In this document: one piece after another, positions 21,371 to 31,076 of the stretch
How the letters are laid out: each line of letters starts with the position of its first letter
Numbering within the stretch: position 1 is the first letter of the stretch
NCBI GenBank assembly: GCA_963555755.3
Contig: OY820905.2
Location: forward strand, 4,352,001 to 4,416,000
Direction of reading: 5' to 3'
Source: Nitrospirales bacterium
GTDB taxonomy: Bacteria; Nitrospirota; Nitrospiria; Nitrospirales; UBA8639
DNA length: 64,000 nucleotides
Made by a program: the position numbers and the translations under genes
Notes under the pieces: model-generated
The model's database searches: none
Told to the model about the DNA's origin: nothing
The model's input: the letters and a program-made list of their open reading frames with translations, nothing else

Positions 21371-21400
21371 AGGGTAGGGTGAACAGATGTTCACTGTCAA
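21371..21400 (-). promoter_or_regulatory. Sigma70 promoter TTGACA-N18-TACCCT containing the palindrome TGAAC-N4-GTTCA (21380-21393), a putative LexA operator
   Basis: GAAC-N4-GTTC-type SOS box between -35 and -10, just upstream of lexA. Confidence 0.75.
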
Positions 21401-21494
21401 GCACCCCGGCCTTTTTTTTTGGTTAGGGAGGTCAGGTTTTGATTGAATCTATCTACCAGGGTGCCGCTGGCGAGATACGGGGGATCATTTATGA

Positions 21495-23216
21495 CTAAAT
21501 GTTTGGAAGTTGAAAGGACGATAGTTGTTCGGCCAAATACGCGGTGACGTGGCTGGGCTCGATTTGGGCTACTTCTCCTGTTCGTCGATCTTTGATCTCG
21601 ATAATCCCCCTGGCGAGCCCTCTGTCTCCAATGGTGACGTGGTAGGGTGCCCCGATCAGGTCCGCATCATTAAATTTCACTCCGGCGCGTTCGTCGCGAT
21701 CGTCCCATAAGACTTCTATCCCTGCTTCTGTTAATGCCTGATAGAGTGACTGGGTGGTCTCCTGAACTTTTTCAGAAGCCGTGACTGGGAGAAGATGAAC
21801 GTGAAACGGGGCTATCGGGGCAGGCCAGATCATCCCTTTGGCATCGTGATTTTGTTCAATAGAGGCTGCAGCCGTGCGGCTGACCCCAATCCCATAGCAT
21901 CCCATAATGGGTAAGGTTTCTTTACCCTGCTCATCGAGGAAGGTGGCTCCCATGGCTTGGCTGTATTTAATGCCGAGAAGGAAGACATGGCCGACTTCAA
22001 TGCCCTTGGCCGATGACAAAGGGGTTTGGGTTCGTGGTGAAGGGTCACCAGCCTGAGCCTGACGCAAATCCGCAAAGGTTTCCACTTTGAAGTCCCGATC
22101 CCAATTCGCATTCAGCAAGTGGGTATCATTGGCATTTCCGCCCACCACAATATTTTTCATGGCTCGTACGGCCTGATCCGCCACAATCCGTATTCCGTCC
22201 AACCCCACGGGACCGGCAAATCCTACTGGCGCTGAAGTCACTTTGGTGACGGTTTCCGGATCGGCCAAGGTAAGCTCGGTCGTGGCCAGCAGACGATTGA
22301 TCTTGATTTCATTGGCTTCGTGGTCACCGCGCACTAATACGGCGACGACTTCGTCTTCGGGCGTTTGGTACAGGAGCGTTTTCACCAGTCGTTCAGGAGA
22401 GATCTTTAAAAATGTACAGACATCCTCAACCGTTTTCATTCCCGGTGTCTGTACATGTTTGAGAGGTAACGCTTGTTCAGTTGACATGTCTGCCGGTGGC
22501 AGAACTTCAGCCTGTTCAACATTCGCGGCATAAGTCCCGTGCTCTTCGTACAAAATGGTTTCTTCCCCAGTTTCCGCCAGGACCATAAATTCATGGGACA
22601 TGCTTCCACCGATCATGCCGTTGTCTGCTTCGACCGCGCGAAAATTCAGCCCGCACCGCGTGAAGATGCGTTGGTAGGCCTCATACATCTTCTGGTAGCT
22701 CACCCGAGCGCTGGTGTCATCACGATCAAAGCTGTACGCATCTTTCATGATGAATTCGCGTCCACGCATGAGGCCAAACCGGGGTCGGATTTCATCACGA
22801 AATTTTGTTTGGATTTGGTAGCAGTTGAGGGGCAACTGGCGATAGGAGCGGATTTCTCGCCTGAACAAATCTGTGATCACTTCTTCGTGGGTTGGCCCAA
22901 AGCAAAAGTCGCGATCATGCCGGTCCTGGCATCGTAGTAATTCTTTTCCATAAAAGTCCCATCGACCGGTTTCGCGCCAGAGTTCGGCAGGAGAGAGAAT
23001 GGGCATCAGGATTTCCTGTGCACCAGCTCGATTCATCTCTTCACGAATGATGCCCTCAATTTTCCTAATGACCCGAAGGCCCATTGGTAAATAGGTATAA
23101 ATTCCCGCCGCGACCCTTCGGATCAAGCCGGCTCTGAGCATGAGCCGATGGCTGACGACTTCGGCTTCACCGGGATCTTCACGAAGGGTTGGAATCAAGA
23201 CTTGAGAAGTTCGCAT
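21495..23216 (-). CDS. proS: Prolyl-tRNA ligase
   Basis: GPTHEE, FRDEIRPRFGLMRGREF and MGCYGIGVSR motifs; INS editing domain. Confidence 0.98.
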   Translation of the reverse strand: MRTSQVLIPTLREDPGEAEVVSHRLMLRAGLIRRVAAGIYTYLPMGLRVIRKIEGIIREEMNRAGAQEILMPILSPAELWRETGRWDFYGKELLRCQDRHDRDFCFGPTHEEVITDLFRREIRSYRQLPLNCYQIQTKFRDEIRPRFGLMRGREFIMKDAYSFDRDDTSARVSYQKMYEAYQRIFTRCGLNFRAVEADNGMIGGSMSHEFMVLAETGEETILYEEHGTYAANVEQAEVLPPADMSTEQALPLKHVQTPGMKTVEDVCTFLKISPERLVKTLLYQTPEDEVVAVLVRGDHEANEIKINRLLATTELTLADPETVTKVTSAPVGFAGPVGLDGIRIVADQAVRAMKNIVVGGNANDTHLLNANWDRDFKVETFADLRQAQAGDPSPRTQTPLSSAKGIEVGHVFLLGIKYSQAMGATFLDEQGKETLPIMGCYGIGVSRTAAASIEQNHDAKGMIWPAPIAPFHVHLLPVTASEKVQETTQSLYQALTEAGIEVLWDDRDERAGVKFNDADLIGAPYHVTIGDRGLARGIIEIKDRRTGEVAQIEPSHVTAYLAEQLSSFQLPNI

Positions 23217-23325
23217 AATCGAAAGGCCTTTTTACAAATAAAAATAAAGGGAAAGCTGGCTTGGTGTTCCTTCTGTTCTTCTTGTTATCGTGAGAAGCAG
23301 AGGATTTTGTCAAGAGGGGAACTAG

Positions 23326-24690
23326 TTATTGAAGGAGGCGTTGGATATCGTTGAAAAAGGCAAAGATCATGAGGCTGAAGAGCAACAGCATTCCAACTTG
23401 CTGGGCAAACTCACGCTGGCGATCTCCGAGTGGACGACGCAAGATGGCTTCACAGGCAAAGAAAAAGAGGTGGCCTCCATCTAAAATGGGAATGGGTAGC
23501 AGATTGAGTATGCCGAGGTTGATGCTCAAGATCGCCACCAATAACACCAGATTGGACATGCCGTTTTCCGCAGCTTGCCCCGAGGCGCTGGCAATCATGA
23601 TGGGCCCACCAAGATTTTTCGATGAAATCTCTCCGGTGAGGATCTTGTAAATGCCGACGACGGTCAATTCCGACCATCCCCACGTGGCCTGAATGCCGTA
23701 AAACAGGGCCGTCAGGGGAGAATCCGCGCGGACGATTGAACGCCCAGGCCCGGTGATGCCAATTTTCCCAATTTCTATGGGCAGATCATGTTCCGTGGTC
23801 TCGAAAGGTTCTGGCGTAACCGTGAGTGTGATGAGGGCACCGTGTCGATCCACACGAAATTCGAGGGGTTGATTGGCACTCCCTCTGACGATTTTCGTCA
23901 TTTGGGACCACGTATGAATCGGCTCGTCCTCTATCGCCACGATCCGATCGTTTTCTTGTAGCCCGCCAGCCATGGCTGGCATGTCCGGCATGACGGACGT
24001 CACGACCGGTGCCGCTTCTTCGATTCCAATGAGGTAGACCGGTTCATCGGTTGGGTTGGGGTCCATGAGTTCGGGAGTGACGACAAACGTTTTGTGTTGT
24101 CCACCTCGCAGGATTTCAACGGTGAGAGGGCGTCCCTGACTTTCGGCGATCATCGCAAAGACGTCGTGGTGTGTCGTGATCTCTTGCTCATTGATCCGTG
24201 TGACCTTATCGCCGATTTCAAGCCCGGCTGTCCTGGCGGGCGACTCGGCTCGTATCGCTTGAATCGTCGGAGTTATTTCTTCGAAGGTTGGTATGGGAAG
24301 TGGAGCACCAGTTGCCAGCCACGCACTAAAAATGAGATAGCTCAGGAGGAAGTTAAACCCTGGGCCAGCCGCGACAATGAGCGTGCGTTTCCACAAAGAT
24401 TTATGGACGAACGATTCTTCCTGCTCTTGAGGAGAGATCGATTCGCCCAGATCTTCACCGAACATTTTGACGTATCCGCCCAGGGGAAACAGCGAGACGA
24501 TATATTCGGTATCCCCAACTTTGCGGCTAAACAATTTCGGGCCGAACCCGAGCGAAAATTTGAGTACCTTGACCCCGGCCCATCTGGCAACGATGAAGTG
24601 GCCGAACTCGTGAAACGTCACGAGCACACCCAGGACTACCAGAAACCACCAGAGCTTTTGACCAATGACGTAAATGAGATCAGGGGACAT
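23326..24690 (-). CDS. rseP: RIP metalloprotease RseP
   Basis: HEFGH, two PDZ domains, NLLPIPILDGG. Confidence 0.97.
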   Translation of the reverse strand: MSPDLIYVIGQKLWWFLVVLGVLVTFHEFGHFIVARWAGVKVLKFSLGFGPKLFSRKVGDTEYIVSLFPLGGYVKMFGEDLGESISPQEQEESFVHKSLWKRTLIVAAGPGFNFLLSYLIFSAWLATGAPLPIPTFEEITPTIQAIRAESPARTAGLEIGDKVTRINEQEITTHHDVFAMIAESQGRPLTVEILRGGQHKTFVVTPELMDPNPTDEPVYLIGIEEAAPVVTSVMPDMPAMAGGLQENDRIVAIEDEPIHTWSQMTKIVRGSANQPLEFRVDRHGALITLTVTPEPFETTEHDLPIEIGKIGITGPGRSIVRADSPLTALFYGIQATWGWSELTVVGIYKILTGEISSKNLGGPIMIASASGQAAENGMSNLVLLVAILSINLGILNLLPIPILDGGHLFFFACEAILRRPLGDRQREFAQQVGMLLLFSLMIFAFFNDIQRLLQ

Positions 24691-24726
24691 AGAGTTTAGT
24701 ACGAACCAAGGTTGTAGGAAGACATT

Positions 24727-25887
24727 TTATGATGTCAGGCTGTGAATACACGATTCCGCTTTTTCCCGAGCCCATCGGTCTGCTTCCAGTGCATCATCAA
24801 TGTAGGTTAAGGTTTGAGGCGTTGCCGCGTTCATAGTGTGATCAATCACCTGGGCAATGTCCACAAATGAAATGCCGCTGTTGAGAAAGGCCTCGACGGC
24901 AACCTCATTGGCGGCATTCAACACCGCAGGCAATGTGCCTCCTCCTTTGAGTGCTTCGTAGGCCAAATCCAAACAGGGAAATCGTGTCGTGTCCGGTTGA
25001 TAAAACGTCAATTTTCCATATTTCCAAAGATCAAGCTGTGGCGGATCCAAAGGAACGCGTTCTGGATAACTCATGGCGTATGAAATGGGTGTGCGCATAT
25101 CTGGCAACCCGAGCTGGGCTATCACCGATCCATCTCGATATTCTACCAGAGAATGAATGATACTTTCTCGGTGAACCACGATATCAAGTTGAGACGGCGG
25201 GCAATCGAAGAGCCATCGGGCCTCGATGACTTCGAGCCCTTTATTCATGAGCGTGGCCGAATCAATGGTAATTTTCGCGCCCATGTCCCAATTGGGGTGT
25301 TTCAGGGCTTTTTCCAGAGTGGCATCCTTCATTTGTTCGTAGGTAAAGTCCCAAAACGGACCTCCTGAAGCCGTCAAGATGATGCGCCGGACATCCTCAC
25401 GGCGATGGCCAACCAGGGCCTGGAAGATCGCGCTGTGCTCGCTATCAATCGGGAAGATTGGCAGCCCTTGTCGATGCGCTTCTTCTTGCATCAACTGGCC
25501 GGCCATCACCATCGGTTCCTTGTTCGCCAACGCCACACGCCGACCGGCCTGAATCGCCGCCAGTGTGGGGACTAACCCTGCGGCTCCGACGATCGCGGAA
25601 ATGACGAGATCACTGTCCGGGTGACAGGCGACGTCTTTGATCCCCTGCGGTCCATCCAAAATCTGCACGGTTGAATCATTGAGACGATCACGCAAACGCT
25701 TCGCGGCTTGGGGATCGGACAGGGCTACAACCTTTGGACGAAACGTTCGAATCTGTTCTTCGAGCTTGTCGTCACTCTTCCCGGCGACGAGTCCGAGGAC
25801 GGAGAACCGATCAGGAAATCTCGTGATAATGTCCAACGTACTGGCCCCGATGGAGCCGGTAGATCCAAGAATAATGATCTGTTTCAT
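24727..25887 (-). CDS. dxr: 1-deoxy-D-xylulose-5-phosphate reductoisomerase
   Basis: GSTGSIG, ANKE, PIDSEH and KITIDSATLMNKGLE motifs. Confidence 0.98.
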   Translation of the reverse strand: MKQIIILGSTGSIGASTLDIITRFPDRFSVLGLVAGKSDDKLEEQIRTFRPKVVALSDPQAAKRLRDRLNDSTVQILDGPQGIKDVACHPDSDLVISAIVGAAGLVPTLAAIQAGRRVALANKEPMVMAGQLMQEEAHRQGLPIFPIDSEHSAIFQALVGHRREDVRRIILTASGGPFWDFTYEQMKDATLEKALKHPNWDMGAKITIDSATLMNKGLEVIEARWLFDCPPSQLDIVVHRESIIHSLVEYRDGSVIAQLGLPDMRTPISYAMSYPERVPLDPPQLDLWKYGKLTFYQPDTTRFPCLDLAYEALKGGGTLPAVLNAANEVAVEAFLNSGISFVDIAQVIDHTMNAATPQTLTYIDDALEADRWAREKAESCIHSLTS

Positions 25888-25907
25888 AATGTTGGCTTCA
25901 TAATTCA

Positions 25908-26064
25908 GGGCTCGCGCAAGACTAACTTCCCTTGTTTGGGCGTCGATCCATCCCGTCTGGCGGCGGTGCTCGTCCTTTCCATACGAGGAGTATGCGCAGT
26001 CCTCGCGCCTTGCCAGACAGGTGTCTCAGCACCCAAACAAGGGAAGTTAGTTTTACGCGAACCT
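25908..26064. mobile_element. 157-bp MITE (same family as 56351-56507)
   Basis: IR GGGCTCGCGCAAG..TAACTTCCC. Confidence 0.8.
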
Positions 26065-26951
26065 TAAGACAGGGCCATGGAGTTTTTGATGACGACCATA
26101 TAATAATAGAATGTAGGCACAGTGAGAAGGAGGCTGTCAATGCGGTCCAAGAATCCTCCATGGCCGGGGATCAAGCTCCCTGAATCTTTGGCTCCGGCCT
26201 GGCGCTTAAACGCGGACTCCGAAAGATCTCCCACGGTGCCCAGAAGGGTCAGTGCGATTCCCAAGATCACGCAATCGGCCACGGTGAATGTCGGTAAAAA
26301 CCAGAGGCTTGCCATCCATGCGATGAGCGTGGCGCCAATCAAACCACCCACTAAGCCTTCGATGGTTTTCTTGGGGCTCAGGATGGGGGCCAAGGGTCGA
26401 GAGCCAAAACCCCTGCCGACGAAATAGGCGGCGGCATCTCCACCCCACGTGACCAGCAAGACAAAAAATATCAAAAATGGGCCGTCCGGGAGTGTTCGAA
26501 TCCTGAGGAAATGGCCGAGGGTGAGACTGATATAGAACACGCCGAACAAGAGCATGGGAATATTGCCGAACGATGGTGAGGGCGCCATCCACACTTGATA
26601 GGCAATCAGCACGGCAAGGATGGTAATACAAGTCGTGTGAAATCCGATCAAAGCCGGCCATTGCAGGGAGACCAAGATGATGCCTCCGCAGAAGAGCCCA
26701 ACGAGCGATGATTGCCGGTGGTGTTCGTCTACAAAAGTGAGACTGTAAAATTCCCACATGGCCAAACATGAAACGACTGTGATGAGGATAAAGAAAAAGA
26801 TGGGAGGTAAGTGACGCGTGAGAAGATAAAACAGAGGAACAAACACCAGCGCGGAGTACACCCGTTTGGGATCAAACGGTTTTGGCGGTTCTGAGGGAAT
26901 CAGGTCTGGAGTCTTCGAAGATGAGGGTGAGGAACCGGCATGAGGTTTCAC
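26064..26951 (-). CDS. cdsA: Phosphatidate cytidylyltransferase
   Basis: SPKKTIEG and KDSGSLIPGHGGFLDRIDS; GTG start overlaps the uppS stop (GTGA). Confidence 0.95.
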   Translation of the reverse strand: MKPHAGSSPSSSKTPDLIPSEPPKPFDPKRVYSALVFVPLFYLLTRHLPPIFFFILITVVSCLAMWEFYSLTFVDEHHRQSSLVGLFCGGIILVSLQWPALIGFHTTCITILAVLIAYQVWMAPSPSFGNIPMLLFGVFYISLTLGHFLRIRTLPDGPFLIFFVLLVTWGGDAAAYFVGRGFGSRPLAPILSPKKTIEGLVGGLIGATLIAWMASLWFLPTFTVADCVILGIALTLLGTVGDLSESAFKRQAGAKDSGSLIPGHGGFLDRIDSLLLTVPTFYYYMVVIKNSMALS

Positions 26952-27745
26952 GAGCCACGTTGCGAGGAAGCGGTCTGAGACACACGTCCAAACCGACGAT
27001 CTCGTTTTTGGTAATCCAGTAGGGCCAAGAGTACCTCTCGACGCCGAAAGTCTGGCCACTGGACTTTGGTGAAGTGCAATTCCGTATAGGCAAGTTGCCA
27101 AAGAAGAAAATTGCTGATCCGGGCCTCGCCACTGGTGCGAATCAGCAAATCCGGGTCGGGCAAGTCAGCCGTCGTTAGATACTGTTCAAATTGGCCTTCC
27201 GTGATAGGGATAGAGACCTTCCCGTTGCGAGCGTCCTCCAGCAGGTCATTGACCGCATCAATGATTTCCGATCGGCCACCGTAACTCAAGGCGACGGTTA
27301 ATATCCGGTCGGTGAAATGTGCAGTTTCTTCCGCGACATCATTGACCACGGCTTGGGTGGATATTGGTAAGGCGTTCAAGCGACCGATCGGCAAAAATCG
27401 CATTTTCCGATCTTGGAATGTTTGTCGCTCCTTTTGAAGAAATTGCTCAAGAAGGGTCATCAGTAAGGCAACTTCCGCGCGTGGCCGGTTCCAGTTTTCC
27501 TGAGAGAAGGCGTAAATGGTAAGAATGGGAATCGATAATTCGTCGAAAAAGTTAATGACCTCACGGAGGGCTGACAGCCCTTCCCGATGGCCGGCAATGC
27601 GGGGCAGGCCTCGCGAAGCGGCCCATCGTCCATTCCCGTCCATGATGATCGCGACATGGCGAGGCATGAGGTCAGGCTCAAGGCTCAACTGCAGCTCCTG
27701 CTCAGTGAGTTCCGAATGAATATCCGGTGCTGAAAATGTGTCCAT
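26948..27745 (-). CDS. uppS: Undecaprenyl diphosphate synthase
   Basis: HVAIIMDGNGRWA, YAFSQENW and IRTSGEARISNFLLWQ motifs. Confidence 0.97.
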   Translation of the reverse strand: MDTFSAPDIHSELTEQELQLSLEPDLMPRHVAIIMDGNGRWAASRGLPRIAGHREGLSALREVINFFDELSIPILTIYAFSQENWNRPRAEVALLMTLLEQFLQKERQTFQDRKMRFLPIGRLNALPISTQAVVNDVAEETAHFTDRILTVALSYGGRSEIIDAVNDLLEDARNGKVSIPITEGQFEQYLTTADLPDPDLLIRTSGEARISNFLLWQLAYTELHFTKVQWPDFRRREVLLALLDYQKRDRRFGRVSQTASSQRGS

Positions 27746-27930
27746 GCTGTCCAGGAAAGACCTTACGTAGAAACGATCCCCTCGAAAGGGGGATACGACA
27801 TAAAAACTAAGTCTAATCGGCATGTTCGGTCTTGTCAATCTTCTCTAAGCAGGTCCACGCATTTTTCATTGAGTCTATGCTGTGGGGGTTAATTGAGACC
27901 GTCGTGACAAATAGCCTTTCCAGGTTCAGC

Positions 27931-28725
27931 GTTCGTGGGTTAAAGGGTTCACGGTTGAGAGTGAAAGAGGTGTTAAGATTGATTTGTTTGAACATATTGA
28001 AGTTGGCAAAAGGACGATGCGAAGTTTCTAGAGCCAAACCCTGAACCTTTCAACGTTGAACCTGAAAATGCTGACAATTGCGTCACTGTGTTCGTGGGTT
28101 AAAGGGTTCACGGTTGAGAGTGAAAGAGGTGTTAAGATTGATTTGTTTGAACATATTGAAGTTGGCAAAAGGACGATGCGAAGTTTCTAGAGCCAAACCC
28201 TGAACCTTTCAACGTTGAACCTGAAAATGCTGACAATTGCGTCACTGTGTTCGTGGGTTAAAGGGTTCACGGTTGAGAGTGAAAGAGGTGTTAAGATTGA
28301 TTTGTTTGAACATATTGAAGTTGGCAAAAGGACGATGCGAAGTTTCTAGAGCCAAACCCTGAACCTTTCAACGTTGAACCTGAAAATGCTGACAATTGCG
28401 TCACTGTGTTCGTGGGTTAAAGGGTTCACGGTTGAGAGTGAAAGAGGTGTTAAGATTGATTTGTTTGAACATATTGAAGTTGGCAAAAGGACGATGCGAA
28501 GTTTCTAGAGCCAAACCCTGAACCTTTCAACGTTGAACCTGAAAATGCTGACAATTGCGTCACTGTGTTCGTGGGTTAAAGGGTTCACGGTTGAGAGTGA
28601 AAGAGGTGTTAAGATTGATTTGTTTGAACATATTGAAGTTGGCAAAAGGACGATGCGAAGTTTCTAGAGCCAAACCCTGAACCTTTCAACGTTGAACCTG
28701 AAAATGCTGACAATTGCGTCACTGT
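27931..28725. repeat. 5 x 159-bp tandem repeat
   Basis: Units start at 27931, 28090, 28249, 28408 and 28567; no differences seen. Confidence 0.97.
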
Positions 28726-28741
28726 AAGGCCTCGGTTATAC

Positions 28742-29409
28742 CTCAGTTTTTCCGTGAAGTCGAAGAATTGCTGGCCGAACGCGGCATCACCGTCACCTAT
28801 GAAACCGTTCGTCAATGGTGCCGAAAGTTTGAGTCGGTCGATGCGAGGAAATTGAAGAAGCGACAAGGTCGTCTCGGTGATACGTGGCATCTTGATGAAG
28901 TGTTTGTGTCCATCCACGGCGAACAGCAGTATCTCTGGCGAGCCATGGATCAAGACGGCGATACCATTGATATGTTGGTGCAACGCCGACGCAATACACA
29001 AGCGGCGGTCCGCTTCTTCCGCCGCTTACTGAAAGGCCAAGGCCGTGAGCCGCGCTGGATGATCACCGACACACTCAAAAGCTACGGGGCCGCACACCGG
29101 GCCGTCAGGCCGACCGTCGAGCATATCAATGCGGTCTACGCCAATAACCGAGTTGAAGTGTCACACCAACCCACGCGGCAACAAGAATATCATATGCGAG
29201 GGTTTTCTTCAGCAACTCACGCTCAACGGTTTTTGACGTTACACGGACTCACACAGAATCTCTTTCGTCTCGGCCGCCACCTCATGCAGACGGTCCATTA
29301 TCGACTGTTGCGCACCCAGGCCTTTCAGGTCTGGGAGGCAGCGGTGTGCGCATAAGCAGCTTGGGGTAGCTGGTTCAATGTGCCCATCGATCGTGAAGTT
29401 GACAATACC
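28742..29409 (+). mobile_element. 5'-truncated IS6-family element
   Basis: WHLDEVFV, YLWRAMDQDG and NNRVEVSHQPTR motifs; right IR GTTGACAATACC. Confidence 0.9.
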
Positions 29410-29570
29410 CCAGGGCGTTATGGGCAAATACCATCAAGGCCATTGCGGGCCGCGTGCAGAGTTTTGGGCCGTTAAATGGTTGGCGGAATTCTGATTCGTG
29501 CTTGTTCAGTTTCCTGAGACTCTGGTTCGGGCGGCCACAGACATTGTTGTATTCGCTGCGGAATGACGCC

Positions 29571-30095
29571 TTATTGATTAATGGTGTATTTGACATTCCA
29601 GTACTTGTCACTACTGTTCCACGATTTTTGGCAGGCGATCGTACAGGTCGCACACAGATTAACCAGGCTGGCTGTTTTGCAATCGTACGGCGTAAAAAAT
29701 GTAGCTTCGCCGCCTCTAAGCTGGAAATTGCCAATTTGGAACGAGCAAACGGCCGCAGCCGTGGTTGCACCAGTGTCCATTTCTAGCTTAACCAGGACAT
29801 CTTTTGAAGAACTAGTTATGGCCGTGGAGATACCGAAGTTTTGATGATCTTTATCGCCTGGTGAGAGTTCCAGGGTGTTTTTCAAATTGCCGTCTCTGAG
29901 GTACCTGACTGAAAACGTCATGTCGGTATTGTTTTTTATTCTGACCTTCGCTTTTTTAGCTTTTAAACCGGGGCCCGATTTCTCCGTGTAAACACAGTTT
30001 CCTGCCATTGCTGTCGATGCTAAGGCAATTCCGCATAGCATGCTGAACATCAGGATTGAACAGATCATTTTCCCGGTTTGGTTGTTAAGTCCCAT
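29571..30095 (-). CDS. Secreted hypothetical protein with several Cys
   Basis: AAGGAGG RBS, signal peptide ending AMA-G. Confidence 0.7.
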   Translation of the reverse strand: MGLNNQTGKMICSILMFSMLCGIALASTAMAGNCVYTEKSGPGLKAKKAKVRIKNNTDMTFSVRYLRDGNLKNTLELSPGDKDHQNFGISTAITSSSKDVLVKLEMDTGATTAAAVCSFQIGNFQLRGGEATFFTPYDCKTASLVNLCATCTIACQKSWNSSDKYWNVKYTINQ

Positions 30096-30233
30096 AGCAG
30101 AAACCTCCTTGTTGGCCAATCGGTGTATATTAGGAAGGATTTAGGTAATATACCCAGAAATCCATCGCTATTGAGTAGCTCGTTCTCGAAACCATTTACC
30201 TTGCTCGTTGCGTCACCCTCTAAATTTTGCGAC

Positions 30234-30735
30234 CCGATGATGCATGTGTCTTTGTTCTAGTCCTTCTTGCTCAAAGTGATTGTGAGCTTTTCCACCGTCA
30301 TGGTGGGCATGAACTGTTCCATCAATATAGCAAGGTGTGTTGTCAATCAAATCCTTCATGAATACATCATCTATGTTTAGGATCATGGTGGATGCTTCAA
30401 CTGCAGTTTTGAAAACCTGTTGTTTTGCAGCCACTGTTTCTATGATTTCAGATGATGACACGCCAGATATTTTCCTCAGGTTGGAATTAATCTCACCCCA
30501 TTTCACATTTCCATTATACTAGATACTAGACTTTGAAATTTTGTCCATAATAGTATTAAAGTAACTAATACATTCATCCCTAAATTACGTGCTAATGTCA
30601 ATGGTATTTCCTCTCCAGCATCAGCAAATCTCTCTACTGCGATTTGCTCCTTACTTTCAACAGTTCCAGCTCGCTGACTAATTTTTAGTACTACAATCCC
30701 CTCAGCAGAACCAGCACCATGTACAAGGAACAGAT
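30234..30735 (-). pseudogene. Group II chaperonin (thermosome/TCP-1) C-terminal fragment, frameshifted
   Basis: EQIAVERFADA.EEIPLTLARNLGM; IIETVAAKQQVFKTAVEASTMILNIDDV; His-rich tail. Confidence 0.75.
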
Positions 30736-31076
30736 TTTCCTCATGGTACAACGCTTCCAAGTGAATGTGGAAGTCAGAGACTTCAACGCCGGTAGGGAAG
30801 AAGTCTGTCTTAGTGATATTGGCCTTAGCGAAAGCCACTTGTGCCGATGTGCCCGTGTGCTGCGATGTTGATTCCTCGGGTTATCGCAGATACGAAGCCG
30901 TGGCTATACCGTAAGGTGGGGTGGGACCAAGGTCTGACCTGATGACACAGCCATAGCCAGGCAGGGCCTTTAAAAAAACCCGCCAGTTTCTCAAATTTTA
31001 TCAATCTAAAACGTGAGATGGGAGGAAGAATATGAAAATACAAACAATCATATGGCTTGGGTCTGGGGTCAGGTCT

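Noticed and set aside
27931..28725. CRISPR array
   Set aside because: Units are identical end to end, with no unique spacers and no cas genes.
28712..28741. dif/Xer site as the island attachment site
   Set aside because: Lacks the XerD arm TTATGTTAAAT; fits a sigma70 promoter better.
29410..29430. attC remnant GGGCGTTATGG after IS6
   Set aside because: No hairpin or matching inverse core found.
30995..31058. attI-like site (CTAAAACGTGAGAT) before a truncated ORF
   Set aside because: The core is not GTT and there is no intI; too weak.
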